A DNA stretch of 63,540 bases, the filler included, from Jimgerdemannia flammicorona (taxonomy: Eukaryota): NCBI GenBank assembly GCA_003990765.1. It is 2 parts of 2 records of this genome, joined end to end, with 100 filler letters (N's around TTAATTAATTAA, not from the genome) between each part and the next. Parts side by side here need not be neighbours in the genome. Positions count along the whole stretch, not along the records: positions 31,839 to 63,540 come from RBNJ01000383.1; 1 more part is not named here. One strand, 5' to 3'. How positions within the stretch are numbered: the stretch's first letter is position 1; each line of letters starts with the position of its first letter. The translations under genes were made by a program, and so were the position numbers. The notes below the pieces were generated by a model. That model was given only the letters and a program-made list of their open reading frames with translations. It was not told the origin of the DNA and made no database searches. Below, piece after piece: positions 49,810 to 62,100 of this stretch.

Positions 49810-50794
49810 GCATAGCAAACCCGGATATGCGTGTTTGCGTAAAATAAAAAAGGATTTCATCCATAAACACTCATTATGGGGCATACATGCGTCTCAATAA
49901 TTGCTCTTGATAGCTCACTTTATGTTTGTCCTGTTGTTGGATCCGTAATCGTGGAAAAGCATATTCGCCATAAACAGGCACACGGTTAGGGCCCAGATTG
50001 TATCATCAGAAGTGTCCTTAGTCAATGTCTTGAGAATCGGTGAGAGTCCCAGCAATGTCAAAAAGAAGAGGAGAGCTCCCTTGGCCGTCTTCTTTCCTGA
50101 CGCGGGAAGTAAAAAAATGCGAATAAGGTTTCGAGTTTATATAGAAGAAAATGCGCGAAAGAAAACGTGGTATCAGCAGATAAAACTAACGTTTATTTCG
50201 ATAGCTCGGCTCCGTTTGCACAATGCTCCAATCCCAAAAGATATACCCGGCCGCCGTGAGCACGGATCCAATCCATATCAAGGAGCGCGCAGATAGCATA
50301 CCGTTATAGAGGTAAATGAAGACGGCGATGAAGACGACGATGGTGCTGATGTGTTGAGATATCACGCCAGATTCGTAGACGACTGTCCAGTAGTCGTAGC
50401 TGCGTACGTTGACTTTGAGGAGGGAGAGGTCGCGATTTGATTTGATGTAATGTGATGAGGGTTTCTGGTGAGGTGAACAACGCAACGCAAGCGAACATGG
50501 GGGGACCGCGCACCATTTTTTTGTAGCTCATCGAGGAAGGTATTATCTACGAAGTTGTCCGGATAGTCCTGCTTGACGTACATCAGTTTTCGCCAAGGAG
50601 GTTTGGTCGGGAACTCTGGTTGTTCCGGGGGTGGGAGCTATTGTAGGTGGGTCAACATGATGGTCAAGGTTACGAAAGCCACCTTTAGCGTTTAGCCCTA
50701 CCCAATGCTTGTCCCGCTCAAGACCACACTCGGGACAGGCGGCCTCATCGTCGAGGAACTTGCGGCCGTCGTTTGGACAATAGGCGTAGGCCAT
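49073..50794 (-). CDS. GPI2: GPI-GlcNAc transferase subunit Gpi2/PIG-C, multi-exon, with a Cys-rich first exon
   Basis: WRKLMYVKQDYPDNFVD, LSPILKTLTKDTSDDTIWA, STNAAIFASVLLASRL and YKNEIHGPWDEA. Confidence 0.95.
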
Positions 50795-51461
50795 GAAGGT
50801 AGGTAAGTAATAGAGGAATAGAGTACAGTCACATCTGGCAAGCCACCATTTGACCATTTGGGTAAATCTAATTATATCGGGCGGGAGGCATTCTTCCGTT
50901 GCTTGACCCTCGGATCAGAGAACCAATATTATTTGTATTAGGTACTTGGACCGTAATATAGCTTTGTTCCTATCTACAGTGTCCCGAATGATCACCGGAT
51001 GCCAGTATTGAGTCCGAATTTTTATTTTATTTTTTTTCCTGGCAATAAATAACGGAGGCTTAGAGGCAAATTGTCATATTTAAAGTCGATTTTGTGAGAC
51101 ACTTAATAATTAGGTAATACAAATAAATATATGTATTGAATGAAATAGAGTGTATATGTATTATATTTTTAATAGACCTACTTGTTGGTTTTTAATACAT
51201 TATAATATACTGGCTCAATAAAGATAAATTACAAGATAGAATAGCTATACAGATTGGCTTGAGACCTCAGTTACTTTGTCAAAAAGTAACAAAATATTCA
51301 ATAGTTTATCTTAGATAAATCTTCAGAATTATCTTAAATAAATATAGTTCTCTTCTTAGAGCTTAGTTGTAATAGTTCTAGTTTTTTTTTTAAAAGAAAG
51401 TAGCTAAATCTAGAAAGTTTTAATAAGCTTAAAGTAGCTCAAAAAAAGAGATATTTATAGA

Positions 51462-54400
51462 CATCTCTTTCCAGTACCATTCAGGTTACACAACCTTTGG
51501 AAGGCACTTACAACATTATTTTTGGTGAAAAGAGACTAATAACATGGCAACCGACAGGCAACCTGAGGTGCATACTGGGCAGGGTGGCCCAAGCACTTTC
51601 GACTGGCAGTAGATGGGAAGGGATCCAGGCCTGGGGGGGGGTATGAGGGGCCTACTGGCAGGTGAACATAGAAGGGGTAGAGGAGGTGGCAGAGGATCAG
51701 GATCTGGAAGGGCAAGCTTCGCGGAGATGGTGAAGGGGAGATAGCAGGCATCGGGGCTGGAGGGCTGGCTGAGAAAGGGCAAGGAGACCGAGAAGGTGAT
51801 AGTGCAAGGGGGAGTGGCCCTTGGAAGGGGGGGCAGTGGAGCTGGGGGAGTAGTAGCTGGGGGGAGTGTGACTGCTGATAGTGATGAGACTGTCAATCTG
51901 GAAAAAAATCCAGATGTGATGGCTGATGGTGAGGCTGAGTGGCTGAGGCTTAGAAGACAAGAGGACTTGGTGAATGGTGTGATGGGTCTGGTGGTGACCC
52001 TGTTACTCAAAAAATCAATCTCAGCATTCGCAGTCACACTATGCTTCCGGGGCCTGGCGGTGATGGTGAAAATAGTGCTGGGGCTCATCACTAAGCAGGT
52101 GGCAGGAGCTGCATCTGTGAAGTTTTTGAAGGAACTAGAAGGAGTGGAGGTGGGTTTTGAGAAGACAGCACCATTAGAGGAGGTGCTGAAGGTTAGATTA
52201 GTGGTTGGGGAGGTATGTGTTCTAATGGCGTGGTGTCTGAAGTGGGACCCCAGGGTGGTCCAACTACTAGTGAAAGGAGTACCAACAGTGATGGTGATGG
52301 AAACAAGAAAGAGAGTTGAGGATTTCATAGCAGAATATGGAGAGGTGGTGGATATCAGGTTCAGGGTCTGGGAAGGGACCTCGCTCAGGACTGGTGATGT
52401 GGATGGGAGGATTCAGCTGGCTGGGAAGGAAGCCACTGAGAAGGCAAGAGACTGGCCTTCGGCGATGGGCTGGAGAGCGATCCTATATAAGGTAACAAGG
52501 GTGAAGGGAAGTGAAGAGGAGGAAGAAGATTTATTAGAAGCACTAGAAGAGCTGGGTGGTGCTGTAGAGAGGCAAGCGAAGGCTTGAGAGGCTTTTGTAA
52601 AGTTGACACACTTGGAGGTGGTGGATGGAAAGCAGATTCGAGTGACCAAGGAGTAGTGGGAAAGGGCTCAGGGGTGTAAGAGACAGAAAGAGCTGCTGGC
52701 CAAGCTGGATAGCAGACCACTGGGGAAGACAAACAAGGTGAAGGGCACAGGGGGAGTCGAAGTGAGTGTCTGGGCCAGCGAGGGGGAGGGGAAAGACAAG
52801 AAGGAGGCAGGGGAGGACAAAGAGAAGGCTAGGAAGGACCCATATACTGATGGTATACTGGAGGTTTGGAAGGAGGACTGGGGGGGCTCCCCTACCCCTA
52901 CCCCTCTCATCAGGCATGGCCCGGCTTCCCATAATAGGGTGGTAGAAGATGTGTCAATGCTAGGGGCCCAGAGGGTGCAATTCGGAGTTCCAGAGGTGGC
53001 ATATGGGGGACAGATGGTGGTGGCTGGCGAGGAGGAACTGGTGGATGTCCCGGAGGTATAGGATGAGTCTGCAAGTGCTGGAGCTAACACCACAATGTTG
53101 GATGGAGGGAGGCCAGCAACTCCGGGGGGGGAAAGAGGTGGGGAACTTGCTTTGGATGTGCCAGATGATGAATAACCTGGCGGTGGAAGAGTTGGGGGAG
53201 GTGGACTTGCAAGTGATGAGTGATAAATATTGGGCAGGGATACTGCAGGGGGATGGCGTAATGAAGGCATTGAAGGTGGAAATTCTTGTGGTGTATCTGG
53301 AGGAGGAAGGGTATGAGGTGGATAAGGAGAGAGAGGCAGAGATGGTGGTCATTGCTGGAGAGCGGGCTGAATACTACTGGAACAAGCATTATGGACTACA
53401 GCTCTGGCAGGAGGCATGCATCAAATACCGAGAGGAGTTCAAGGAGAAGGCAGATGGAGAGATGAATGAACTGCTGGCTGGATTGGAGGCTCAGAGAACA
53501 GAAGAGGAGGAGGTGGCCACAGAATATGATCTGGACATGGTGCAGGAGGAGATGAGTATGGAGCAGTAGAGACTGATTGACAACATAACATATTTCATCA
53601 TTATGAACAGTACAACCAACATTTTCTCTTTAAATGTGAATGGGTTACGGTGCGCTTCTTGACATAGGAACATTTTTACTTGGATGAAGGGATTGGAGGT
53701 CAATCTCTTCCTCTTGCAGGATATCAGGTGCGAAGATGACTCTGATAGGATGGAATGGACAAAGGAATGGAGAGGTGTGGCGATTTGGAAAGGCAAGGTT
53801 GGGATTTTAGTTAGGAAAGGTAGAGGGGAGATACAGAATGTGAGGAGCTGAGGGGAGAGACTGGTCTGGGGTGAGTGGATTCGGGCAGGCTGGGAGCCAG
53901 TTACAGTTGGCTTCTGCTACTGCCCTGCGGTATGGGGTGAGAGAGTAGATTGGGTGAAAGGCTTACAGGAGAGTAGATTACTTGCAGAGGCTGGGGTGGA
54001 TATGCTTGGGGGAGATTTCAATATGATTCAGGATATACTGTTGGATAGAACAGATGGTGGACAAGGTGCTGAGAGCAGGAGTGGAGGACTGGTGGCATGG
54101 GAGGAAGTAGAAAGACTAAGTGCACTTGTAGATGCTGGAAGGGAATGCTGGGGGAATAGGAGGGTGTATACACATTGGGCAGGGGGCCTGGAGACTAGAA
54201 TCAACTGGATTTCGATAGCCAGCTGCTGGGGCCTAGATGTTTGGAAGTCACTGGAGGTGGAATGGTGTCTATGGTCGGATCACTAGGGGCTTTTGGGACA
54301 GGGGTGCTTTGGGGGTAGGGGGGATGGGCCTGGACATTGGCACCTCAATTTCTCTTTGTTAGATGACAAGACCTGGTGGAATGAGTGAGCTAAAGACATT

Positions 54401-57343
54401 TAGCTAAGGATGGAGAACTGGAGGCAGGAAGGGGCCTCAGTTGGGACTCGATGGATGAGGATGAAGGAGATGGCCAGGATTTACTGGAGGGAGGCTGGCA
54501 AGGAGGCAGGGAAGCAGTAAAAGCAAAGAGTGCATTGGGCCTCCACTAGATTGATAAGGCTCCTGGAGGAGTGGGCAAAGCTGACGATGTTGGAGAGAGA
54601 AGAAGATTGGAGATTAATGAGGGCGAAAATGGAGGTTGGGAAACTTCAACAGGTGCTGTGGGAGGAGGAAGAGGCAAGGGTACAGAGCTTGGCAGCACGT
54701 CTTCACTGGCAGGATCTGGAGGAAGGAGAGAGGCCTTCTAAGCTACTTACTAGGGCCCTTAGGGCAAGGTGGGTATAGCAATGGTGGGAAGGGGTATTAG
54801 ACTCTGATGGTGTACTGGTACATGGTGTACAGGACATTCTTGGATCACTGAAGGAGAGATAGAGTGGATTGTGGAGTGAGGAGGAGAGTGGGGCAGATGC
54901 TGCTACAATTGAATGAACATTGGAGGATTGGCACCCACCACAAGTTGAAGGGCTAGGGGACCTAGTGATGCCTGTACAGAAGGATGAGATCCACCAGGTT
55001 CTTGCTGCAACAATGCCAGGTATGGCACCTGGGGAGGATGGTCTGCCCTGGGACTTTTGGAAGCAAATGGTTGGAGTCCCAGGGGTAATGGGAGAGATGA
55101 TGGCATTGTGCGACCTTATTCTACAGACAGAGAGGTGGGTGGGGGAGCAGGACCTGGGGCTGGTGATGCTGCTTTACAAAAACAAAGGAAGGCAGGAGGA
55201 TTGGAAGAACTGACAGCCAATAATGTTGCTAGATATGGACAGAAGTTGGTAACTAAGGTGGTGGTGGCAAGACTACAGAAGGTGGCCCAGCAAGTTGTGA
55301 GTATTGAGCAGAGGGGATTTGTGGGTGGTCAGCTCATCAGGGATGGCACTGCCTGGATACATGGCATTATCGAAGGGGTAAGGGCCTGTAGACTGGATGG
55401 GTGTCTAGTCTTCTTGGACCAGGAGAAGGTATATGACCAGGTGTGAAGAGTCTGGCTGGTGAAAGTTTTGGATAGAATGGGGGTTCCATATCAATTCTGA
55501 TCAGCAATGGTCAGCCTACTGGAAGGGAGTAGGGCTGCACTCATGTGTAATGGACATAGAGGGGTAGTATTCCCTTTGGGTAGGGGGGTGCCCCAGGGGG
55601 ACCCATTGTCCCCATTTTGTATGCTCTTTCTCTGGAACCCCTTATGGACAGAATTAGGCAGAGGATAGCAGGGCTATCTGTCTTTGGCATAGGATGGAAA
55701 GTTGGAGCCTTTGCTGATGACATGGTGGTGGGTTTGGGTTCAATTGCTGATGTTGAGGAGCTCAAGAAGACTGTGGAGTGGTATGAGGAGTACTCTGGAG
55801 CTAAGCTGAATTGGCATAAGTGTGAAATGATGGTGCTAGACAATGGCCTGGTGGGAGGGGAAGTTATAGGAACAATCATCCCCACTGGTGAAGTAGTGCA
55901 GTACTTAGATATCTACTTGTCAGTCTATGGGTCAGTTCTGCCCAGGCTTTGGTGGGAGAAGAGGATTGGAATCTGGGAGGAGGCCCTGTGGAGTTGGGGA
56001 GGAAGACATTTTTCTCTGGCAGGGTGGGTCTCGATTTTGAATGTCTACTGGCTGCCTAAGTTATGGTATCTGGCATATCATCTGGACTTCCTGGCCTGGG
56101 TGGTGAAGAGACTGATGAAGTCAGTGAAGAGATGGATTTGAGCTGGCAAGCAGAGTCAGATTAGTTGGGAGACCTTGTCCCTACCAGTGGCAAGAGGCAG
56201 TCTTGGGCTGGTTGACTTTCCAAAATGGTTACACTGCTTGAGAGCATGGTGGCTGAAAAGGGCAGTGGAGTTGAGAGAAGGTGGATGAGTTCCTCTGCTA
56301 CAGAAGATCTGGGAGAGGCGGGTATCGCCAAGAGGCTCAACTGGCAATCTCCTCTCCTTGGTTGGGCTTCAGAACACTGAACAACTGTGATATAAAGGAT
56401 TTTGGTGGGGGATTGTAGAAGGGGTATACTGCATTAGTATTTGTTGATAGGGGAATAAAGGAGAGGAGGATTGGGACCTGGCAATGTGGAGATGGGATCA
56501 TATACTGCTGGGCGACACTCCTTTAATTGAGTTCAACATTAGTGATGGTATAGAATACCAAAGGGGACCAGGCCAGGATCTGTGGCCTAGCGGTTGGCAA
56601 GGAGTTGGAATTGGCGAAGAGTGAAACTGGCATGGTGTTTGGACCTGGAGTGCTACAGTGAGAACGTGGCTGCCACCAAAGTACTGAGTGGTCTGGTGGT
56701 GCATGTTGCAGAGGAATGTTATGCTCAACTTTCGCTCAGGGCACCTTGTCATAAGGAGTTGCTTCGACTATGAGGAGTGCCATAATGTAGGACAGGAGGG
56801 GGGTTATGTACAGATGCCAGAACATTGGCTAGGAGAGTGTGAGGTATTGGGGGATTTTTGGCGGACAATTGGGGATTGCTTGGGGGTACAGGGTAGGGGT
56901 GATGAAGTATGGGAGAAGTGAGAGGACTTGAGAGATAGATTGGTAGGAGGGATAGGGAAGGAGTGGCTTACTTTGGGATGGGCTTTGGCTATTTGGGTGG
57001 GGCTGGCCAGTCATTGGCTATTTGTTTTTGAGGACAGGAGGAGACAGAGCTTGGGGGACCAGTTGCTATGGTGGCATAGGCTTATGGATGATACCTTAAC
57101 AGGCTGGTGGCTGGGTTGGGGGATGTGGAGTGGTTAGAGGTGCCACTTAGTAGAGAAAATCTGTGGGCAAAGTGGGGAGAGAGTTGGGGTAGTTAGCGAA
57201 AGGGTGATTTTCATTCGCAAAGAGGTAGGGAGGGGCCCCCCTGTGGGGATTGGATAGTGGGTGGGAATGATGTATAATTATTCATAGACTGATAATAAAG
57301 GCAGAGTCCAAGTAACTATAAAAAAAAAAATAAAAAAAAAAAA
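51462..57343 (+). mobile_element. Full-length but inactivated L1/Tx1-like LINE (ORF1 about 51544-53569, ORF2 about 53603-57257)
   Basis: APE motifs IFSLNVNG, LLQDI, GGDFN, WSDH. RT motifs PGEDG, LDQEK, GVPQGDP, FADDMV, YL(D<G)I. Terminal zinc finger, AATAAA and poly(A). TSD agatatttataga (51449-51461) / agatacttataga (57344-57356). Confidence 0.95.
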
Positions 57344-57394
57344 AGATACTTATAGATTTAAATAGTCTTGAAGGATTTCTAAAGAAAATATTCT

Positions 57395-57825
57395 ACTTCC
57401 TCCCACCTCATGTATAAGTCCTTTACTCACCTTGACTGGGAGAACCAGGTCCTACCTACTGTGTTGTGCTTTGATAAGGATTTTTCTTTGCCTGTCATTC
57501 TCTTTGGGGTGGCAGGGGCTATTCTATTCAGCTCGGATGTGGCCTTGTACATATATTGGGTTCTCAGGTGTGTGCTTTTGGTCATTGGCATATGGTTGGG
57601 TTTCCCCTAGTGGTAGGGAGAGCATGGTGTGCAGAATGAGGTGTGGGCCAACTTAGACCCTGCTGCACCTAGCATAGTTGAGCTGCTAGATAATAGCTAG
57701 CCTAGATTAATGGAGAGGCAGTACTTGGTGGGTGGTGGGGGAGTGTTTTGGCCTATATAGTTTAGGTTCTCTTCCAATAAAATTCTGTGGGACATAAGTC
57801 CATTAAAAAAAAAAAAAAAAAAAAA
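57395..57825 (+). mobile_element. Short poly(A)-tailed retroposed element, copy B
   Basis: Colinear with 14688-15107. A21 tail and possible short TSD attcta. Confidence 0.8.
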
Positions 57826-57977
57826 TTCTAAGTTATATTTGAGTAGAGAAAGAGGATATTTATACAAGATCTGAAATAAAGATCCAGAAGAATATATATT
57901 AGAAATAAAAAGAAAAGTCAAAAAAGTAATTTTTAGTAAAGATAATTAATAGATTTTTATAATATTTTAAAAGATTC

Positions 57978-58490
57978 TATATAAGAAGATTACTTATTAA
58001 AGTAACTATTACATAGTTCTGAAGGATTTTCTAAAAGTTCTGGATATTCTAGAAGACTATTTTCTTAAGGTCAAGATCAATTTTATATAGAGTACATCCT
58101 CTATACTTATTGATTTTAAGATCAGATTGATATCTCAACCAAAGTTCTTTTTTAAACTAGTTCTAGATATTTAGATTTTTCCATATTTTAGAAAGTTCAA
58201 GAAACTAAGGCCAGCTTAGTTGAATCAATATATCACTACAGATAATACCTAATTAGGAAATTTCATAATATAGTTAAGAGTAGGATCTAATGGGGTATAG
58301 ATTTACTTAAGAGTAGTTTATAGGTTATTAAATAGATTTATTCACTATTCATAATATTACTATACTAAGAGTAGTTGTATGAAGGAATATTGTGGGAAAG
58401 TGTTCAAGATTGTTCTTATCTGTTTGAGTCTGAGATTCTGAGATCTGGAAGAGGGAACATTTATACTAATAAGAGACTATCTAGATAGTC
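57978..58490 (-). repeat. Dispersed LTR-like repeat, copy B
   Basis: The reverse complement matches 14095-14610. Confidence 0.8.
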
Positions 58491-58499
58491 TTTGATGAT

Positions 58500-58930
58500 A
58501 TTACCATTAATAATATTATCTCTGATAAAGTAGTTATCTAAGAAGAGTTGTAAGCACACAACCTCCAAGCCACCAAAATCACATGGCATCCTCAGAACTA
58601 ATTTGGAAACCACATGCAAGACTACAAAACAAGAGATCATCTGGTTATATGAAATATGCCAGCAAGCATAAGAACCTACCACCAAGATACAAGAATACTA
58701 GAAGAAGTACTACAACCATAAGACTGACTCTGAACCACTATAACTAGTTTGGTATACTATACTATTATAAAAGGAAACTAAAAGTACCAAACTCAAATCA
58801 AGACAAGAAAAACCCTATCTCATCTATCAAAAGGTTCATGAACTATATATATCAACTCAAGACCAAGATATACTGTAACTATACAAGACCTCATTACTTA
58901 GCAGAAGCAAAATGCATTTGAACAACTCTG
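58500..58930 (+). mobile_element. Probable Gypsy integrase C-terminal remnant
   Basis: About 58790-58825 reads KLKSRQEKPYLI, interpretable as a decayed GPY/F motif (KL.P.W.GPY.I). QKKYYN-like segment upstream. Confidence 0.4.
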
Positions 58931-59192
58931 TTCACTCTATCTGTATCACCTCTGTTGGAGAGTGACAGATGCTTCATCTGAACTCAAGAAAGCTGACATC
59001 ATCAAAACCAATCTCAAGTTATCTACATGATAGATATTACTACTAGAAATTGCCTCAGATTACAGAAAATATCATTTCCAAGAGGTTCAAATCCCTAGCT
59101 GTGACATTGAGAGCCCTTGCTCTAGACAAGAATAGCCAGTCCTCGCAAATGCACCAGTAGACTAAAAAAAAAGAGAACCAAGACTTGTTATC

Positions 59193-62100
59193 TTTTTTTT
59201 TTTTTTTTTTTTTTTTTATAGTCACTTGGACTCACCCTTTATTACACCCATCTATTCCATATAAGTATAGTGAACCCACCCCCTATCCAATCCCCCTAGG
59301 GGGGCCCCTCCTCCCTACCCCTTCTCGATGAAACACTACTCTATCAAATATAATTCCCACCCTTCCACCACTCTGTTTGCATATCCTTGCCACCAAACCT
59401 CGCCATCACCCCCCTGAAGGACTCCAACCTAGCCACCATCCAGTCATCAGATCCCCCAACAGCTCCTTCTACCTTAAAACCTTCTCCTGCAGTCTCATCT
59501 ACTATCTCTCCTCAAATATAAATAGCTAATGTCCTGCCAATCTCATCCAAACTGCTAACACCCACCCAACAGTGAGCCAACTATTATCTACCCCCCCACT
59601 AGCCAAGATCTTAAGACCTCCCAGTGATCCCCCACACCTGCCAGCCTGTGCTCCACACCCAGTCTATTCCCTATTTTAACCCAAAAGTCCCCCAAAACCT
59701 CACACTCTCCCAGCCAATGTTCTGGCATCTGCACCAAACCCCCAGCTTGCCCTATATTGTAATACTCCTTACAATCAAAATAGCCACCATCCACCAGATG
59801 CCTGGTGTAGAAATTCAGCATGACATTCCTCCACAGCATTTGCCACCACACCACCCAGAACTTGGGGGGAAGCTACTACCATATCTCAGCACTCCAAGAC
59901 CAGATGCCTGCCCAGTCCCACTCCTCGTCGATTCTGACTGCCTGCCAACTGCTTGGCCAAAGATCCTGGCCAAGACCCTGCTGACACTCCACTCTATCAC
60001 CAATATCAAAAGTAGCAAGTAGAGCACCCCCCAGTAGCAATCTATCCCATTGCCACATACTAGGTCCCCACAACACCTCCCCCTCATTGCCTTGCCAGCG
60101 CAGACCAATTCTGTGTACTCTATTGACCACTTCCCACCAAAAGCCCTTAAACCTCAGCCTTCGAATTCCATTAAGCCCTATCAAAGAGAGTAGATCTCCT
60201 AAGGACCCTTAGGGGGAGGTTCTCATCTCCCACACCTTCTGCAGCAGAGGTACCCAACCCTCTCCTCACAGTTCAGCTGCTCTCTTCAACCACCAGACTC
60301 ACAAGCAGTGCAACCTCTTAGGGAAATCTACAAGACCAAGACCTCCCCTGACCACTGGTGTTGCAAGAGTATCCCAACTGATCTGGGACCTCCTCTCTGC
60401 CCAAATCCAATCCCTAACCACCTTCATCAGCCTCTTCACTACCCAAGCTGGGAAGTCTAGGTGGTAGGCCACATACTATAGCTTGGGGAATCAGTATATA
60501 TTCAGAATTGATACCTGCCCTGCTAGAGAGATATGGTGGCCTCTCCAATCTCGAAGGGCCTCTCCCCAAACAGCCACCCTGCTCTCCCACCACACTCATG
60601 GCAAGACCGAGCCATATACAGAGAGGAAGATGCCCAGATACCATACCACCTCACTAGTAAGGACAATTGTTCCAATGATGTCCCCACTCACCAGCCCATT
60701 CCCTAGCACCATAGTCTCACACTTATGCCAGTTGAGTTTTGCCCCAGAGTGATCCTCATACCACTCCACCATCTTCTTAAGTACCATGACATCTGCCACA
60801 GACCCAAGACCAACCACCATGTCATTCACAAAGGCTCTCACCTTCCACACTATGCCATAGATAGAGAGCCCTCCCACCTTTCAGCGAATCCTATCCATCA
60901 ATGGTTCCAATGAGAGGACATAAAGAATAGGGGACAGGGGGTTCCCCTGAGGAACCCCTCTTCTCAAGGTAAATGTCAGACCACAGTGACCATTACACAT
61001 TATTGCTGCCTGACTACTCTCTAACAAACTCAACATAGAAGTCCAAATCCTAGAGGAATACCAATATGATCCAACACCTTGTCCAGCCAAACCCACCAGA
61101 CCTGGTCATAGGCCTTCTCCTGGTTCAATAAGACCAACCTCCTATCCAGACCACAAGCCTGGGCCCCTTCAATGACACCATGTACTCACGTAGTCCCATC
61201 TCTTATAAGTCTGCCTCCAACAAAGCCCAGCTACTCCTCCCCCAGCACCTGTTGAGCAACCTTCTGCAGCCTTGCTATAATCACCTTAGTCACCATCTTC
61301 CTGTCTATGTCCAAAAGCATGATTGGCTGCCAGTTCTTCCAGTCTTCTTGCCTCCCCTTGTCTTTGTACAATAAAGCCACCAGCCTGAGGTCCTGCTCTC
61401 CAACCCACTCACCACTCTGAAGAACAAGATCACAGAGAGCAGTCATCTCACCTAAAATGCTGAGGACCTCAACCATCTTCTTCCAGAAGTCCCACAGGAG
61501 TCCATCCTCCCCTAGTGCTGTTCTATTTTTTGTTGCCACAAGGATGCTCTGGACCTCTGCACCTTGCACCAGCAAGGCCAAGTCACCCAGTCCAGCTACT
61601 TGCAGCAGCCTCCATTCCTCTAATATATCTTCAATAGCTGCCTCATCAGCACCCCCTTCTTCCTCACTCCACAAATCCTGCTATCTCTCTTTCAAAACCC
61701 CTAATATTTATTGTGTGCTGTGTACCATGTCTCCATTGACATCTAGGACTCCATCCCACCGATGTCTCACCCTCCTAGCTTGAAGCAGATGGGACAAATA
61801 TCTAGAAGGCCACTCCCTCTCCTCAAGCCCCTGCCATCTTAGCCTAGCAGCCATACCTCACATATATACCTCCTCCTCTTCTCTCAGAACCTGTTGCAGT
61901 TCCATTATCTCCAGTTTAATCTATGCTAACCTCCAATCCTCCACCCTAGTAGAAGTAAGCAAACCTGCCCAATCCATTTGCAATCTCCTCAGCCTATTGG
62001 AAGCACACCTCATGCACTTCCTCCTCTGTCTCCCAGCTTCTCTCCCAGCCCCTCCCCAATAGACCCTCACAGCCTCTTTTAATCTCATCTAACAGACACC

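Noticed and set aside
23401..50794. U12-type minor introns
   Set aside because: No RTATCCTT donor was seen at the junctions examined. GTATCTATT at about 43551 does not fit.
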